Source: an uncultured Bacteroides sp.
Lineage (GTDB): Bacteria > Bacteroidota > Bacteroidia > Bacteroidales > GCA-2748055
Assembly (NCBI GenBank): GCA_964575865.1
Contig: CAZNSZ010000003.1
Location: 27,266-91,265, forward strand
DNA length: 64,000 bases
Direction: 5' to 3'
Below, one piece after another: positions 1-9,130 of the stretch (positions within the stretch are counted from its first letter, which is position 1; each line of letters starts with the position of its first letter). The notes beneath the pieces were generated by a model. That model was not told the DNA's origin and made no database searches. It saw nothing but the letters and a program-made list of their open reading frames with translations. A program made the position numbers and the translations under genes.

Positions 1-1202
1 TGTTCAATAGCCCCCGATTCCCTGAGGTCAGACAGCTGGGGTCGCTTGTTCCCTGACCGCATTTCCACGCTCCGGTTCAGCTGAGAGAGGGCAATGACAG
101 GGATATCAAGCTCCTTGGCCACACTTTTCAGGGAGCGGCTGATGTTGCTTACCTCCTGCTCGCGGCTTCCCGCATCCTTCGCCCCGGTCATCAGCTGCAG
201 GTAGTCGATCACCACTGCCTGTATGTCGTACTTCTGCTTCAGGCGCCTGCACTTGGCCCGGAATTCAAAAATGGAGATGGCAGGGGTATCGTCCACGTAG
301 ATGGGGGCCTTCTCCAGGTCCTTGATTTTGTATTCCAGCTGCTCCCATTCATAGTTCTCCAGCCTTCCGGTACGGATCTTGTCCGAAGATAGCTGGGTCT
401 CTCCGATGATCAGCCTGTTTACAAGCTGAATAGAGGACATCTCCAGGGAAAAGAAGGCCACCGGCCTGTTGTGGTCCACGGCCATGTTGCGGGCCATGGA
501 GAGCACAAATGCGGTTTTTCCCATGGAGGGTCTGGCTGCCAGGATGATCAGGTCCGATTTCTGCCAGCCTGAAGTGAGGCGGTCCAGTTTTGTGAATCCG
601 GAGGGTGTACCGCTCAGGCTGTCCTTTCTTTTCCCAGCTTCCTCAATCTGCTCAATGGCTGCTTTCAGGAGGTGGTTGATCTTAATGGTCTCTTTCTTGA
701 TATGCCCCTCGGCAATGTCAAGTAACTCACGTTCCGAGTAGTCCAGCAGGTCATCCACATCGGTACCCTCATCGAATGCCTTTTCCTGAATGGAGGAGGA
801 GACCCTGATCAGTTCCCGCTGGATATATTTCTGTGCCACGATCCTGGCATGGTACTCCAGGTGGGCCGCCGATCCCACACGCGAGGTGAGCTGGGCAATA
901 AAGGAAGCACCACCCACCGCTTCCAGCTTCTCCAGTTTGCGGAGCTCCTCGGTCACGGTCAGCAGGTCGATGGGCTTCTCCTGCTGTGAAAGGGTCTGGG
1001 CCACTTCATAGATCTGCTGGTGGGCCTCCTTGTAAAAGCTTCCGGGCTCCAGGATATCGAGCACCGAAAGGATGGCATCCTTCTCCAGCATGATGGCCCC
1101 CAGCACGGCCTCTTCCAGATCAAGTGCCTGTGGCGGTATTTTTCCGTAATCCAGGGCGATGGCCGGATTCTTTTTTGAAGGGGGAACCTGTTGTTTTGCC
1201 AT
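1..1202 (-). CDS. dnaB: replicative DNA helicase DnaB (3' part runs off the window start)
   Basis: Open minus-strand frame from ATG at 1202 to the window edge. It is absent from the ORF track because it has no stop. My translation starts MAKQQVPPSKKNPAIALDYGKIPPQALDLEEAVLGAIMLEKDAI. Near the edge it reads AKELDIPVIALSQLNRSVE...PQLSDLRESGAIEQ, typical of DnaB N-terminal and RecA-like domains. Confidence 0.85.
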   Translation of the reverse strand, partial: MAKQQVPPSKKNPAIALDYGKIPPQALDLEEAVLGAIMLEKDAILSVLDILEPGSFYKEAHQQIYEVAQTLSQQEKPIDLLTVTEELRKLEKLEAVGGASFIAQLTSRVGSAAHLEYHARIVAQKYIQRELIRVSSSIQEKAFDEGTDVDDLLDYSERELLDIAEGHIKKETIKINHLLKAAIEQIEEAGKRKDSLSGTPSGFTKLDRLTSGWQKSDLIILAARPSMGKTAFVLSMARNMAVDHNRPVAFFSLEMSSIQLVNRLIIGETQLSSDKIRTGRLENYEWEQLEYKIKDLEKAPIYVDDTPAISIFEFRAKCRRLKQKYDIQAVVIDYLQLMTGAKDAGSREQEVSNISRSLKSVAKELDIPVIALSQLNRSVEMRSGNKRPQLSDLRESGAIE

Positions 1203-1303
1203 GGTATAGTGAATGGGGCCATAAAGGTAACCATCCCGCCACAGCGCAGGGGAAATCCCTGTCCCGGATTTTTGCACACCGCTTCAATAGTTATCATTAA
1301 CAA

Positions 1304-2161
1304 ATGTTGAAAAATGGCCTATCTTTGATGGCCATGATCGCCTTTGCACCGGCCAAGATCAATGTGGGGCTCCATGTCCTGGAGCGCAGGGCCGACGGTT
1401 TTCACAACCTGCAGACCGTGATGCTCCGCACCGGCCTGTGCGATATCCTGGAGCTCACCCTTCAGCGGGGATCCCCCGGGGAACTCCGGTTCACCCAGAC
1501 GGGAATCCCGCTGGAAGAGGAGGCCGGGACCAACCTCTGCGTCAGGGCATGGGAAAAGATCTCCGGGCTGACCAGCGTTCCGCCCCTGCACATACACCTC
1601 CACAAGCAGATTCCGGTGGGGGCCGGACTGGGGGGAGGGTCCTCCGATGCCACGCACACCCTGCTGGCGATCAACAGCATGATCGATGATCCATGCTCCC
1701 CTGAAGTGTTGCATTCCCTGGCAGCCTCCATTGGGAGCGACTGTCCTTTTTTTCTCCATGAGGGGGCCATGCTGGCAGAAGGGAGGGGTGAACGCCTGAG
1801 CCCTGTCAGCCTTGAACTGCAGGGATACTGGCTCGCATTGTTCCACCCGGGTATCCATATCGCCACCGCAGAGGCCTACCGGGGGATCATCCCGCACGCA
1901 GAGAGGGAACATCTACCCGATCTGCTGGGTCAGCCCGTGGAAAAATGGAAACACACCGTGGTGAATGACTTCGAATCATCTGTTTTCAGGCGTTTTCCGG
2001 ATTTGGCGGAGATGAAGGCCTCCATTTACAGTTCCGGCGCCCTCTATGCTTCACTGAGCGGAAGCGGATCGGCCATGTACGGGATTTTCCGGGAATCAAC
2101 CGGGTTCACCGGGGAGCTGGCCCGGCGGGTGTTGTGGAAGGGACCGCTGGTAACGGGCTGA
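1304..2161 (+). CDS. ispE: 4-diphosphocytidyl-2-C-methyl-D-erythritol kinase
   Basis: 285-aa ORF. APAKINVGLHVL N-terminus and GHMP-kinase motif PVGAGLGGGSSDAT. Internal ATGs at 1328 and 1334 are alternative starts. Confidence 0.8.
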   Translation: MLKNGLSLMAMIAFAPAKINVGLHVLERRADGFHNLQTVMLRTGLCDILELTLQRGSPGELRFTQTGIPLEEEAGTNLCVRAWEKISGLTSVPPLHIHLHKQIPVGAGLGGGSSDATHTLLAINSMIDDPCSPEVLHSLAASIGSDCPFFLHEGAMLAEGRGERLSPVSLELQGYWLALFHPGIHIATAEAYRGIIPHAEREHLPDLLGQPVEKWKHTVVNDFESSVFRRFPDLAEMKASIYSSGALYASLSGSGSAMYGIFRESTGFTGELARRVLWKGPLVTG

Positions 2162-2536
2162 TCACCTGATCTCCACCAGCAGCTGTGCCTTGGCCACCAG
2201 ATCCCCTTCAGACACGTGGATCCGCTTCACCCGGCCCGGGACAGGTGAGCGCACCTCATTCCTCATTTTCATGGCTTCAAGGATCAGCAGGGGGGTCCCG
2301 TGTTCCACTTCCATCCCCTCCTTTACAAGGATCTTCTGAATGGTCCCGGGAATCACCGAGAGCACCTTCCTGTGATCGGGACGGACCCAGGGAACCCTGT
2401 TCCTGAACTTGCGGGTAAGGTGGGTAAGATAGGAGGCTCCCCCGATGACCAGTTCCTCCATGGGGAGGGCGGGCTTCTGCCCGGCTTTTTCTGCGTTGCC
2501 GCGTCCGGCTTTTTCTTCCGGTTTCTTGTTGCTCAT
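2162..2536 (-). CDS. biotin carboxyl carrier / biotinyl-domain subunit (acyl-CoA carboxylase or methylmalonyl-CoA decarboxylase gamma-like)
   Basis: 124-aa ORF with biotinyl-lysine motif LILEAMKMRNEV. Lies 9 nt downstream of the carboxyltransferase gene on the same strand. Confidence 0.75.
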   Translation of the reverse strand: MSNKKPEEKAGRGNAEKAGQKPALPMEELVIGGASYLTHLTRKFRNRVPWVRPDHRKVLSVIPGTIQKILVKEGMEVEHGTPLLILEAMKMRNEVRSPVPGRVKRIHVSEGDLVAKAQLLVEIR

Positions 2537-2545
2537 CTGTTCAGG

Positions 2546-4090
2546 TTAAAACGGGGGGATTCCATGTTTTTTGGCCGGCATACCCACACTCTTCTGCCCG
2601 GAGACTTCAAGGGCATGGAGCAGGGACCTGCGTGTTTCGGCCGGTTCGATCACCGAGTCGATATAGCCTTTTGCGGCAGCCACGTAGGGATTGGCAAATT
2701 TATCGATGTACTCCTGCACCTTCTGTTTCCTCACCTTGTCCGGATCTTCCGCTGCAGCGATCTCCCTGCGGAAAATAATATTGGCGGCCCCCTCCGGTCC
2801 CATGACCGCCACTTCCGCATCGGGCCAGGCAAATACGAAGTCGGCCCTGAGGTGCCTGGAATTCATGGCGATGTATCCGCCACCGTAAGCCTTCCGAAGG
2901 ATCACGGTCATTTTGGGGACCGTGGCTTCGCTGTAGGCATACAGCACCTTGGCCCCGTGCCGGATCACCCCGGCATGTTCCTGGTCCACCCCCGGAAGGT
3001 AGCCGGGCAGGTCCACGAAAGTGACAATGGGGATGTTGAAGGCATCGCAATACCTGATAAAGCGCGCCGCCTTGTCCGAGGAGTCCACATCAAGGACCCC
3101 GGCCAGCACCATGGGCTGGTTGGCCACGAAACCTACCGTCCTTCCGCCCAGTGTCCCGAAACCGATGACCATGTTGGCAGCCCAGCTCTCCTGGATCTCC
3201 AGAAAATCGGACCCGTCGGTAACCGCACGGATCACGTTGCGGACATCGTACGGCTGTCGCTTCTCAGCGGGGACGATCTTGGATATGTTGTATTTTTTCA
3301 GCGGTTCCTGGACCTTCTTTCGCTCCGGCACATCGGTATTGGACCAGGGAAGGTAACTGAACAGGGTCTTGATCTGTTCGAAACATTCATCTTCGGTTTC
3401 CGAAAAGAAATGCGCATTGCCGGTGATTTCGCTGTGCACCCTTGCACCGCCCAGTTCCTCCATGGTGATGTCCTCACCCAGCACCGTTTTGATCACCTCG
3501 GGACCGGTGATGAACATTTTTGAAATGGAGTCGACCACAAAGACGAAATCGGTCAGGGCGGGAGAATAGACCGCCCCCCCGGCACAGGGCCCCAGGATCA
3601 CCGAGATCTGAGGGATCACACCGGAAGCCAGGGTGTTCCTGAAAAAGATCTCTCCATAACCGGCCAGGGAATTGACCCCTTCCTGGATGCGCGCCCCTCC
3701 CGAATCGTTGATCCCGATCAGCGGCATCCGCATTTTCAGCGAGTGGTCCATGATCTTGGTGATCTTCCGGGCATGCATGAATCCCAGGGATCCTCCGGCA
3801 ACTGTGAAATCCTGTGCAAAAATGCAGACAGGCCTGCCCCCGATGGTTCCCGTTCCCGTGATCACCCCGTCGCCGTGAAGCTTCTTCCGGTCCATGCCGA
3901 AATCCCTGGCTTCATGCTCCACAAACAGGTCATACTCATTGAACGAACCTTCGTCAAGGAGTTTCACGATCCTTTCACGGGCGGTCATCTTGCCCATGGC
4001 AACCTGTTTCTGGATGGCCTGTTCGCCACCCCCCTGAAGGACTTCTTCCCGTCTTTTGATCAGTTCCTGTACCTTTTTTGTAGATGCCAT
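2546..4090 (-). CDS. acyl-CoA carboxyltransferase (methylmalonyl-CoA carboxyltransferase / propionyl-CoA carboxylase beta-like)
   Basis: 514-aa ORF with two carboxyl-transferase halves. Segments GGARIQEGV and KAYGGGYIAM are typical of this family. Confidence 0.8.
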   Translation of the reverse strand: MASTKKVQELIKRREEVLQGGGEQAIQKQVAMGKMTARERIVKLLDEGSFNEYDLFVEHEARDFGMDRKKLHGDGVITGTGTIGGRPVCIFAQDFTVAGGSLGFMHARKITKIMDHSLKMRMPLIGINDSGGARIQEGVNSLAGYGEIFFRNTLASGVIPQISVILGPCAGGAVYSPALTDFVFVVDSISKMFITGPEVIKTVLGEDITMEELGGARVHSEITGNAHFFSETEDECFEQIKTLFSYLPWSNTDVPERKKVQEPLKKYNISKIVPAEKRQPYDVRNVIRAVTDGSDFLEIQESWAANMVIGFGTLGGRTVGFVANQPMVLAGVLDVDSSDKAARFIRYCDAFNIPIVTFVDLPGYLPGVDQEHAGVIRHGAKVLYAYSEATVPKMTVILRKAYGGGYIAMNSRHLRADFVFAWPDAEVAVMGPEGAANIIFRREIAAAEDPDKVRKQKVQEYIDKFANPYVAAAKGYIDSVIEPAETRRSLLHALEVSGQKSVGMPAKKHGIPPF

Positions 4091-4164
4091 GTGGTGTGAT
4101 TTAAAAATCCGGCTACAATCTTACGAAAAACAATGGTGTTTATAAAACTGTTACAGAATATCCC

Positions 4165-5238
4165 CTACCGCGGTGCCATGCGCATGAGCATGACCGCCAC
4201 GGCCAGGAAAAAGATGTTGGGCAGCCACACCGCCAGCATCACCGGCAGCAATCCGCCGATGGCGAACTGTTTGGAAAACTGCTGGAAGAGGATGTATACA
4301 AAACTGATCACCACCCCGATGGCGATCTGAAGACCGATGCCCCCCCTCAGTTTTCTGGATGAAACGGCCACCCCTATCAGCGTCAGCACAAACGTGGAGA
4401 ACGGGAAGGCGATCCTGTTGTGCCGTTCAATCTGGTATGCCGTCACATTGGTCTCTCCCTGCATCAGCTGCTTGTTGATAAATTCATCCAGTTCCTTGAG
4501 GCTCATGGTTTCCACTATATTGAGCCTCATCTGGAAATCATCCGGATGCATGGCCAGTGTGGTATCGATCACCCTCCCCTCCTCCAGGGTCTCGTGGAGC
4601 CCGTCGATGGTCCGGATGTAGTACCTCCTGGCTTCCCATTTGTTGGACGCCGTATCCCAGCGGATCTGATCGGCGAACATTTTTGAGACCAGCTGCCCGT
4701 CCTCGAATTTCTCGATGGTGAACTGGTACCCCACCTTCGACACATTGCTGTAGTTCTGAAGATACACATAGATCCCCGGCTCGATCTGGCGGTGGAAGTT
4801 GGTGGTCTTGAAACTGACCGGTCTTTTTCTCACGTATTGCTCCTCGAAGTCGAGCTTCACCTTGTTGGCACTGGGGATCACCTGGTCGCTGAGGTAAAAG
4901 GAGGCCAGGGCGATCAGGGTGGCCGAGATCATGTAGGGAAGAAGCAGGCGCCTGAAACTCATACCGCTGCTGAGGATGGCGATGATCTCCGTATTGTAGG
5001 CCATCCGCGAGGTAAAATAAATGACTGCGATGAAAGCGAACAGGGAGCTGAAGAGCACCGCAAAATAGGGGATGAAGTTCAGGTAATAATCGAAGAGGAT
5101 GGCGTTGAGGCTGGCCCCGCTCTCCAGGAAGTCGTCGATCTTCTCGGACAGGTCGAAAATCACAGCGATGGAGAGGATCAGGGCAATGGATAACAGAAAG
5201 GAGCTCAGGAATTTCCTGATCACGTACATATCAAGCAT
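4165..5238 (-). CDS. LptF/LptG (YjgP/YjgQ) family LPS export permease
   Basis: N-terminus MLDMYVIRKFL, multiple TM helices and a large periplasmic loop. Start trimmed to ATG 5238 because the longer ORF (to 5349) overlaps the tgt 3' end. Confidence 0.7.
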   Translation of the reverse strand: MLDMYVIRKFLSSFLLSIALILSIAVIFDLSEKIDDFLESGASLNAILFDYYLNFIPYFAVLFSSLFAFIAVIYFTSRMAYNTEIIAILSSGMSFRRLLLPYMISATLIALASFYLSDQVIPSANKVKLDFEEQYVRKRPVSFKTTNFHRQIEPGIYVYLQNYSNVSKVGYQFTIEKFEDGQLVSKMFADQIRWDTASNKWEARRYYIRTIDGLHETLEEGRVIDTTLAMHPDDFQMRLNIVETMSLKELDEFINKQLMQGETNVTAYQIERHNRIAFPFSTFVLTLIGVAVSSRKLRGGIGLQIAIGVVISFVYILFQQFSKQFAIGGLLPVMLAVWLPNIFFLAVAVMLMRMAPR

Positions 5239-5255
5239 TTTCAGCCCGAAGAACC

Positions 5256-6386
5256 TTATAATCTTGTGCTTAAAGCCGGTATGATCCTTTCCTTCCATGC
5301 GCTGAACGTTCCGCTGCTGATTTCGTGTCGTGCCTGTCTGACCAGCCACAGGTAAAAACCCAGGTTGTGGAGCGTGGCTACCTGCGCTCCGAGCATTTCT
5401 CCCGATATGATCAGATGACGCAGGTATGCCTTTGAATATTGTGTGTCCACATAACTATGTGCCTCTTCGTCAATGGGCGTATAATCATTGCTCCATTTCC
5501 TGTTCTTGATATTGATGATGCCCCGGTCGGTAAAGAGCATGCCGTTTCGCCCGTTCCTGGTGGGCATCACGCAATCGAACATATCGATACCCAGTGCGAT
5601 GGATTCCAGAATATTGACCGGGGTCCCCACGCCCATCAGGTAGCGGGGCCGGTCATCCGGGAGGATCCCCCCCACCACCTCCAGCATGGCATACATCTCT
5701 TCGGCCGGTTCTCCCACAGACAGTCCGCCGATGGCATTTCCCGCTGCCCCCTTTTCCGCCACCCTGGTGGCAGATTCCCTCCGCAGGTCGGCATATACGC
5801 TTCCCTGCACGATGGGAAAAAAGTCCTGGTGGTGTCCGTACAGGGGTTCAGTCTCCCGGAACCTCTCCCACCCCCTGTCCAGCCAGTGATGGGTCAGTTC
5901 CATGGAGGACCTGGCATGCTTGTGGTCTGCAGGCCAGGAGGTGCACTCATCGAAGGCCATCATGATATCCGAGCCGATGGTACGCTGGATGTCAACGATG
6001 TTTTCCGGGGTGAACAGGTGTTTCGATCCGTCGATGTGGGACTGGAACCGGGCGCCCTCGGGCCGCAGTTTCCGGTTGGATGCCAGGGAAAACACCTGGT
6101 AACCGCCACTGTCGGTCAGGATCGATCGGTCCCAGTTCATGAACCGGTGCAGCCCTCCTGCCCCTTCCAGGACCTCCGTTCCAGGCCGGAGGTACAGGTG
6201 ATAGGTGTTCCCGAGAATGATCGGGGCATCCAGATCCTTTTCAAGCTCCCGCTGGTGAACCCCCTTCACGGTTCCTGCCGTACCGACCGGCATGAAAACC
6301 GGGGTCCTGATCTCCGAATGTCCGGTCCTCAGAACGCCGGTCCTGGCCTGACTTGACGGGTCCCTGTGTATGATTTCGAAGTCCAT
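5256..6386 (-). CDS. tgt: tRNA-guanine transglycosylase (queuine tRNA-ribosyltransferase)
   Basis: Motifs RTPVFMPVGT, LTDSGGYQV and FDCVMPTRNGRNG. Start set at MDFEIIHRD (6386); the ORF track extends to 6440. Confidence 0.85.
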   Translation of the reverse strand: MDFEIIHRDPSSQARTGVLRTGHSEIRTPVFMPVGTAGTVKGVHQRELEKDLDAPIILGNTYHLYLRPGTEVLEGAGGLHRFMNWDRSILTDSGGYQVFSLASNRKLRPEGARFQSHIDGSKHLFTPENIVDIQRTIGSDIMMAFDECTSWPADHKHARSSMELTHHWLDRGWERFRETEPLYGHHQDFFPIVQGSVYADLRRESATRVAEKGAAGNAIGGLSVGEPAEEMYAMLEVVGGILPDDRPRYLMGVGTPVNILESIALGIDMFDCVMPTRNGRNGMLFTDRGIINIKNRKWSNDYTPIDEEAHSYVDTQYSKAYLRHLIISGEMLGAQVATLHNLGFYLWLVRQARHEISSGTFSAWKERIIPALSTRL

Positions 6387-6468
6387 CAAAAGGAAGAGAA
6401 TCACCAAAGATAAGCAATTGTTGAAAACACACTTTTCCACGTATGCGGTTGCCGCCTAAATTTGAGGA

Positions 6469-7611
6469 ATGAACTGGGATGCACTCATCCGACAGACCGG
6501 TGTGACCGGCTGGATCCTCCTCGGAGTATTCCTCATCTCGCTTTTTTACCAGTGGGGACTCTACCTGTTCCTCTACCTGAAGTTTCCCCGGCACAACCCG
6601 GGGAAAAGCCGCAGGACGAAAAAACCGGTCTCCGTGGTGATCTGCGCCAAAAATGAGGAGGAGAACCTGAGAGCGTTCCTGCCCGGGGTACTGGAGCAGG
6701 ATTACCCTGAATTTGAGGTGGTGGTGGTCAACGACGCTTCCACCGACGGTACGGAGGATCTGCTCGCTGAGATGTCGGCCCGGTATCCCAACCTGCGCAC
6801 CACCCACCTCCCCATGAACGAAAAGTTCTCCCACGGGAAAAAACTGGCACTTACCATTGGTCTGAAAGCGGCCAGGTACGACCACGTGGTCCTGACCGAT
6901 GCCGATTGCTATCCGGTATCTGATCAGTGGCTCCAGCGGATGGCCTCCCGGCTGAGCAGTGAAAAGAAGATCGTACTGGGCTATGGCGGGTATGAACCCC
7001 GGAAGGGCATCCTTAACCTGATCATACGGTACGAAACCGTTTTTACGGCCATGCAGTATTTCTCCCGTGCCATCGCCGGGCGTCCCTACATGGGCGTCGG
7101 CAGGAACCTGGCGTATGAAAAATCCCTCTTTTTCGATCACAGGGGTTTCGCCGGACACTACCACCTGGCTTCCGGTGATGATGACCTGTTCGTCAATCAG
7201 CATGCCGGGCACCACAATACGGCGGTGGTCACTGAAAGGGAGGCCCATACCAGGTCGGTCCCCCACCTGAACCTCAGGGGATGGATCCATCAGAAACAGC
7301 GGCATCTGTCCGCCGGATCACATTACAGAAGGGATACCCGCCTTCGCCTGGGGGTGGAATACCTGACCAGGATCCTGCTCTACACCACCCTGGTGATCCT
7401 GTCGGTCATCTCCCCCTGGAATACCCTCATTCTTGGACTCTTTGGCCTCTGGCTCATCACCCGGCTGGTGGTCCTCAAATTGGTCATGCGCAGTTTGGAC
7501 GAAAAATATTTATTGCTACCTTCGCTGCTGCTTGATCCCGCGCTTCCACTGGTTCTCGGGATCATCTGGTTAAGCGGTGTTTTTGTAACTAAGTATCAGC
7601 CATGGAGGTGA
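6469..7611 (+). CDS. family 2 glycosyltransferase with flanking TM segments
   Basis: VSVVICAKNEEENL...VVVVNDASTDGT...LTDADC motifs (GT-A/GT2). N-terminal and C-terminal hydrophobic helices. Confidence 0.7.
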   Translation: MNWDALIRQTGVTGWILLGVFLISLFYQWGLYLFLYLKFPRHNPGKSRRTKKPVSVVICAKNEEENLRAFLPGVLEQDYPEFEVVVVNDASTDGTEDLLAEMSARYPNLRTTHLPMNEKFSHGKKLALTIGLKAARYDHVVLTDADCYPVSDQWLQRMASRLSSEKKIVLGYGGYEPRKGILNLIIRYETVFTAMQYFSRAIAGRPYMGVGRNLAYEKSLFFDHRGFAGHYHLASGDDDLFVNQHAGHHNTAVVTEREAHTRSVPHLNLRGWIHQKQRHLSAGSHYRRDTRLRLGVEYLTRILLYTTLVILSVISPWNTLILGLFGLWLITRLVVLKLVMRSLDEKYLLLPSLLLDPALPLVLGIIWLSGVFVTKYQPWR

Positions 7612-8207
7612 ATACCAACCTTTCCCTTAAAGCCCAGCAGGACATTGAACTGGTACACCGTGCCCGGAAAGGGGATCAGCTGGCCTACGGGGAACTCCTG
7701 GGAAGGTACCGCGATGCCATCTACTTTATGCTGCTGAAGATGGTCAACAGTCCCATCGATGCGGAAGACCTGACCATTGAAGCATTTGGCAAAGCCTTCA
7801 AGAACATCGATCAATACACCCCCAATTTCGCATTTTCCACCTGGCTGTTCAAGATCGCCACCAACAACTGCATCGATTTCATCAGGAAGAAAAGGGCCAG
7901 CCATGTTTCCCTCGACCAGACGGTGGACGGGGAGGAATCCCTTTCTCCCTCCGCACTGATCCAGTCGGATGGCATGGATCCCGAATCCTACATGATCAAC
8001 AAGCAGAAGATCAAGCATATGCGTAAAGTGGTTTCCCGTCTGAAGCCCAGGTACAGGACGCTTGTGGAACTGCGCTATTTCAAGGAGTATTCCTATGACG
8101 AGATCGCAGCCGAGCTGGATATTCCCATCGGAACGGTGAAAGCTCAGCTTTTCAGGGCCAGGGAGCTGTTGCTGAATATCCTCAACCGCTCCCAGGAGAA
8201 GCCCTGA
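7602..8207 (+). CDS. RNA polymerase sigma factor, sigma-70/ECF family
   Basis: Region 2 (FSTWLFKIATNNCIDFIRKKR) and region 4 HTH (YSYDEIAAELDIPIGTVKAQLFRAR). Overlaps the upstream GT2 gene by 10 nt. Confidence 0.8.
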   Translation: MEVNTNLSLKAQQDIELVHRARKGDQLAYGELLGRYRDAIYFMLLKMVNSPIDAEDLTIEAFGKAFKNIDQYTPNFAFSTWLFKIATNNCIDFIRKKRASHVSLDQTVDGEESLSPSALIQSDGMDPESYMINKQKIKHMRKVVSRLKPRYRTLVELRYFKEYSYDEIAAELDIPIGTVKAQLFRARELLLNILNRSQEKP

Positions 8208-8210
8208 CCG

Positions 8211-8831
8211 ATGCGGTTGATCCTCAAATATTTTCCCGAAACCGATCCAGAGAAGCAGGAACGCTTCAAACACCTTCTAGAACTCCTCCCCCGGCTGAAC
8301 AGGCAGGTGAATGTGATCTCCAGGAGAGACATCGGCGGACTGGAAGAACGGCATGTGCTGCACTCACTCGCCATTGCCAGGCTGTTCTCATTTCCCGCGG
8401 GATCCGAGGTGATCGATGCGGGGACGGGCGGGGGATTCCCGGGTATCCCGCTGGCCATCATGTTCCCCGGCGCGCGATTCACACTGGTCGATTCCATCGG
8501 CAAGAAAATCAGGCTGGTGAGGGAGCTGTCGGCATCGCTGGGACTGCAGAATGTGGAAGCGGTGCAGGCCAGGGTTGAAGCGCTTTCCATAAGGGCCGAT
8601 TGCGTGGTTTCAAGGGCTGTGGCACCTTTTCCGGAACTGCACAGGTGGACGGCACCGCTGATCCGTGCCGGGGGCGATCCGGCCATTCCCGGAGGGCTCA
8701 TCGCCCTGAAAGGAGGGGATCTGTCGGAGGAGCTCCGTCAGTTTCAGGACCGCGTTGAGGTTTTCCCCGTTTCACGCTGGTTTGCCGAACCTTTTTTTTC
8801 TGAAAAAAAGATTGTTTATCTAAAAAAATGA
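8211..8831 (+). CDS. rsmG: 16S rRNA (guanine527-N7)-methyltransferase
   Basis: 206-aa ORF with SAM-binding motif IDAGTGGGFPGIPLAI. GidB-like length and layout. Confidence 0.8.
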   Translation: MRLILKYFPETDPEKQERFKHLLELLPRLNRQVNVISRRDIGGLEERHVLHSLAIARLFSFPAGSEVIDAGTGGGFPGIPLAIMFPGARFTLVDSIGKKIRLVRELSASLGLQNVEAVQARVEALSIRADCVVSRAVAPFPELHRWTAPLIRAGGDPAIPGGLIALKGGDLSEELRQFQDRVEVFPVSRWFAEPFFSEKKIVYLKK

Positions 8832-8832
8832 C

Positions 8833-8840
8833 TACTTTTG
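8833..8840 (+). promoter_or_regulatory. candidate Bacteroidota -7 promoter box (TAnnTTTG) for rpmH
   Basis: TACTTTTG lies 21 nt upstream of the rpmH ATG. Confidence 0.35.
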
Positions 8841-8861
8841 CACGCTCAAAACAGTGTTGTT

Positions 8862-9020
8862 ATGAAGCGTACATTTCAGCCATCCAACAGGAAAAGGAAG
8901 AACAAACACGGATTCAGGGAAAGGATGTCGTCTGCAAGCGGACGCTCCATCTTATCCGGCAGGCGCAAAAAAGGCCGCAAGAAACTGACCGTTTCTGACG
9001 AGAAGAAACACAAGGTATAG
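8862..9020 (+). CDS. rpmH: 50S ribosomal protein L34
   Basis: [22 protein letters not shown] is the conserved L34 N-terminus. Start moved to the internal ATG at 8862. Confidence 0.9.
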   Translation: MKRTFQPSNRKRKNKHGFRERMSSASGRSILSGRRKKGRKKLTVSDEKKHKV

Positions 9021-9046
9021 GCACCCTGGCTGCCAGAACTGATCAT

Positions 9047-9077
9047 AACCGACCGGCTCCCGGTTGGTTATTTTTTT
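9047..9077 (+). terminator. rho-independent terminator after rpmH
   Basis: AACCGACCGG-CTC-CCGGTTGGTT forms a 10-bp stem with one G.U pair, followed by A+T7. Confidence 0.7.
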
Positions 9078-9130
9078 GCCCGCACATTAGCTGATTATTT
9101 GTATTTTCGCACGGAGATCAATCCCCCGTA

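Noticed and set aside
2300-3523. 407-aa plus-strand ORF. Similar long antisense ORFs occur at 6241-7305(-), 14151-15620(-), 21415-22185(+), 24821-25621(+), 38537-39949(-), 40521-41054(+) and 49356-50696(-).
   Set aside because: Each lies exactly antisense to, or out of frame with, a gene carrying strong family motifs. Their translations are Gly/Pro/Arg/His-rich low-complexity strings, as expected for open mirror frames in GC-rich coding DNA. None has a motif, signal peptide or plausible start context.
5239-5349. N-terminal extensions offered by the ORF track for several genes: lptF/G to 5349, tgt to 6440, FMN-binding to 28334, DUF4136 to 30241, the ECF sigma from 32659, Crp from 36675, the TPR protein from 46409 and the ADH from 61895.
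   Set aside because: The extensions overlap neighbouring genes or precede obvious signal peptides and family N-termini. Many begin at non-ATG codons. Internal ATG starts give canonical N-termini.
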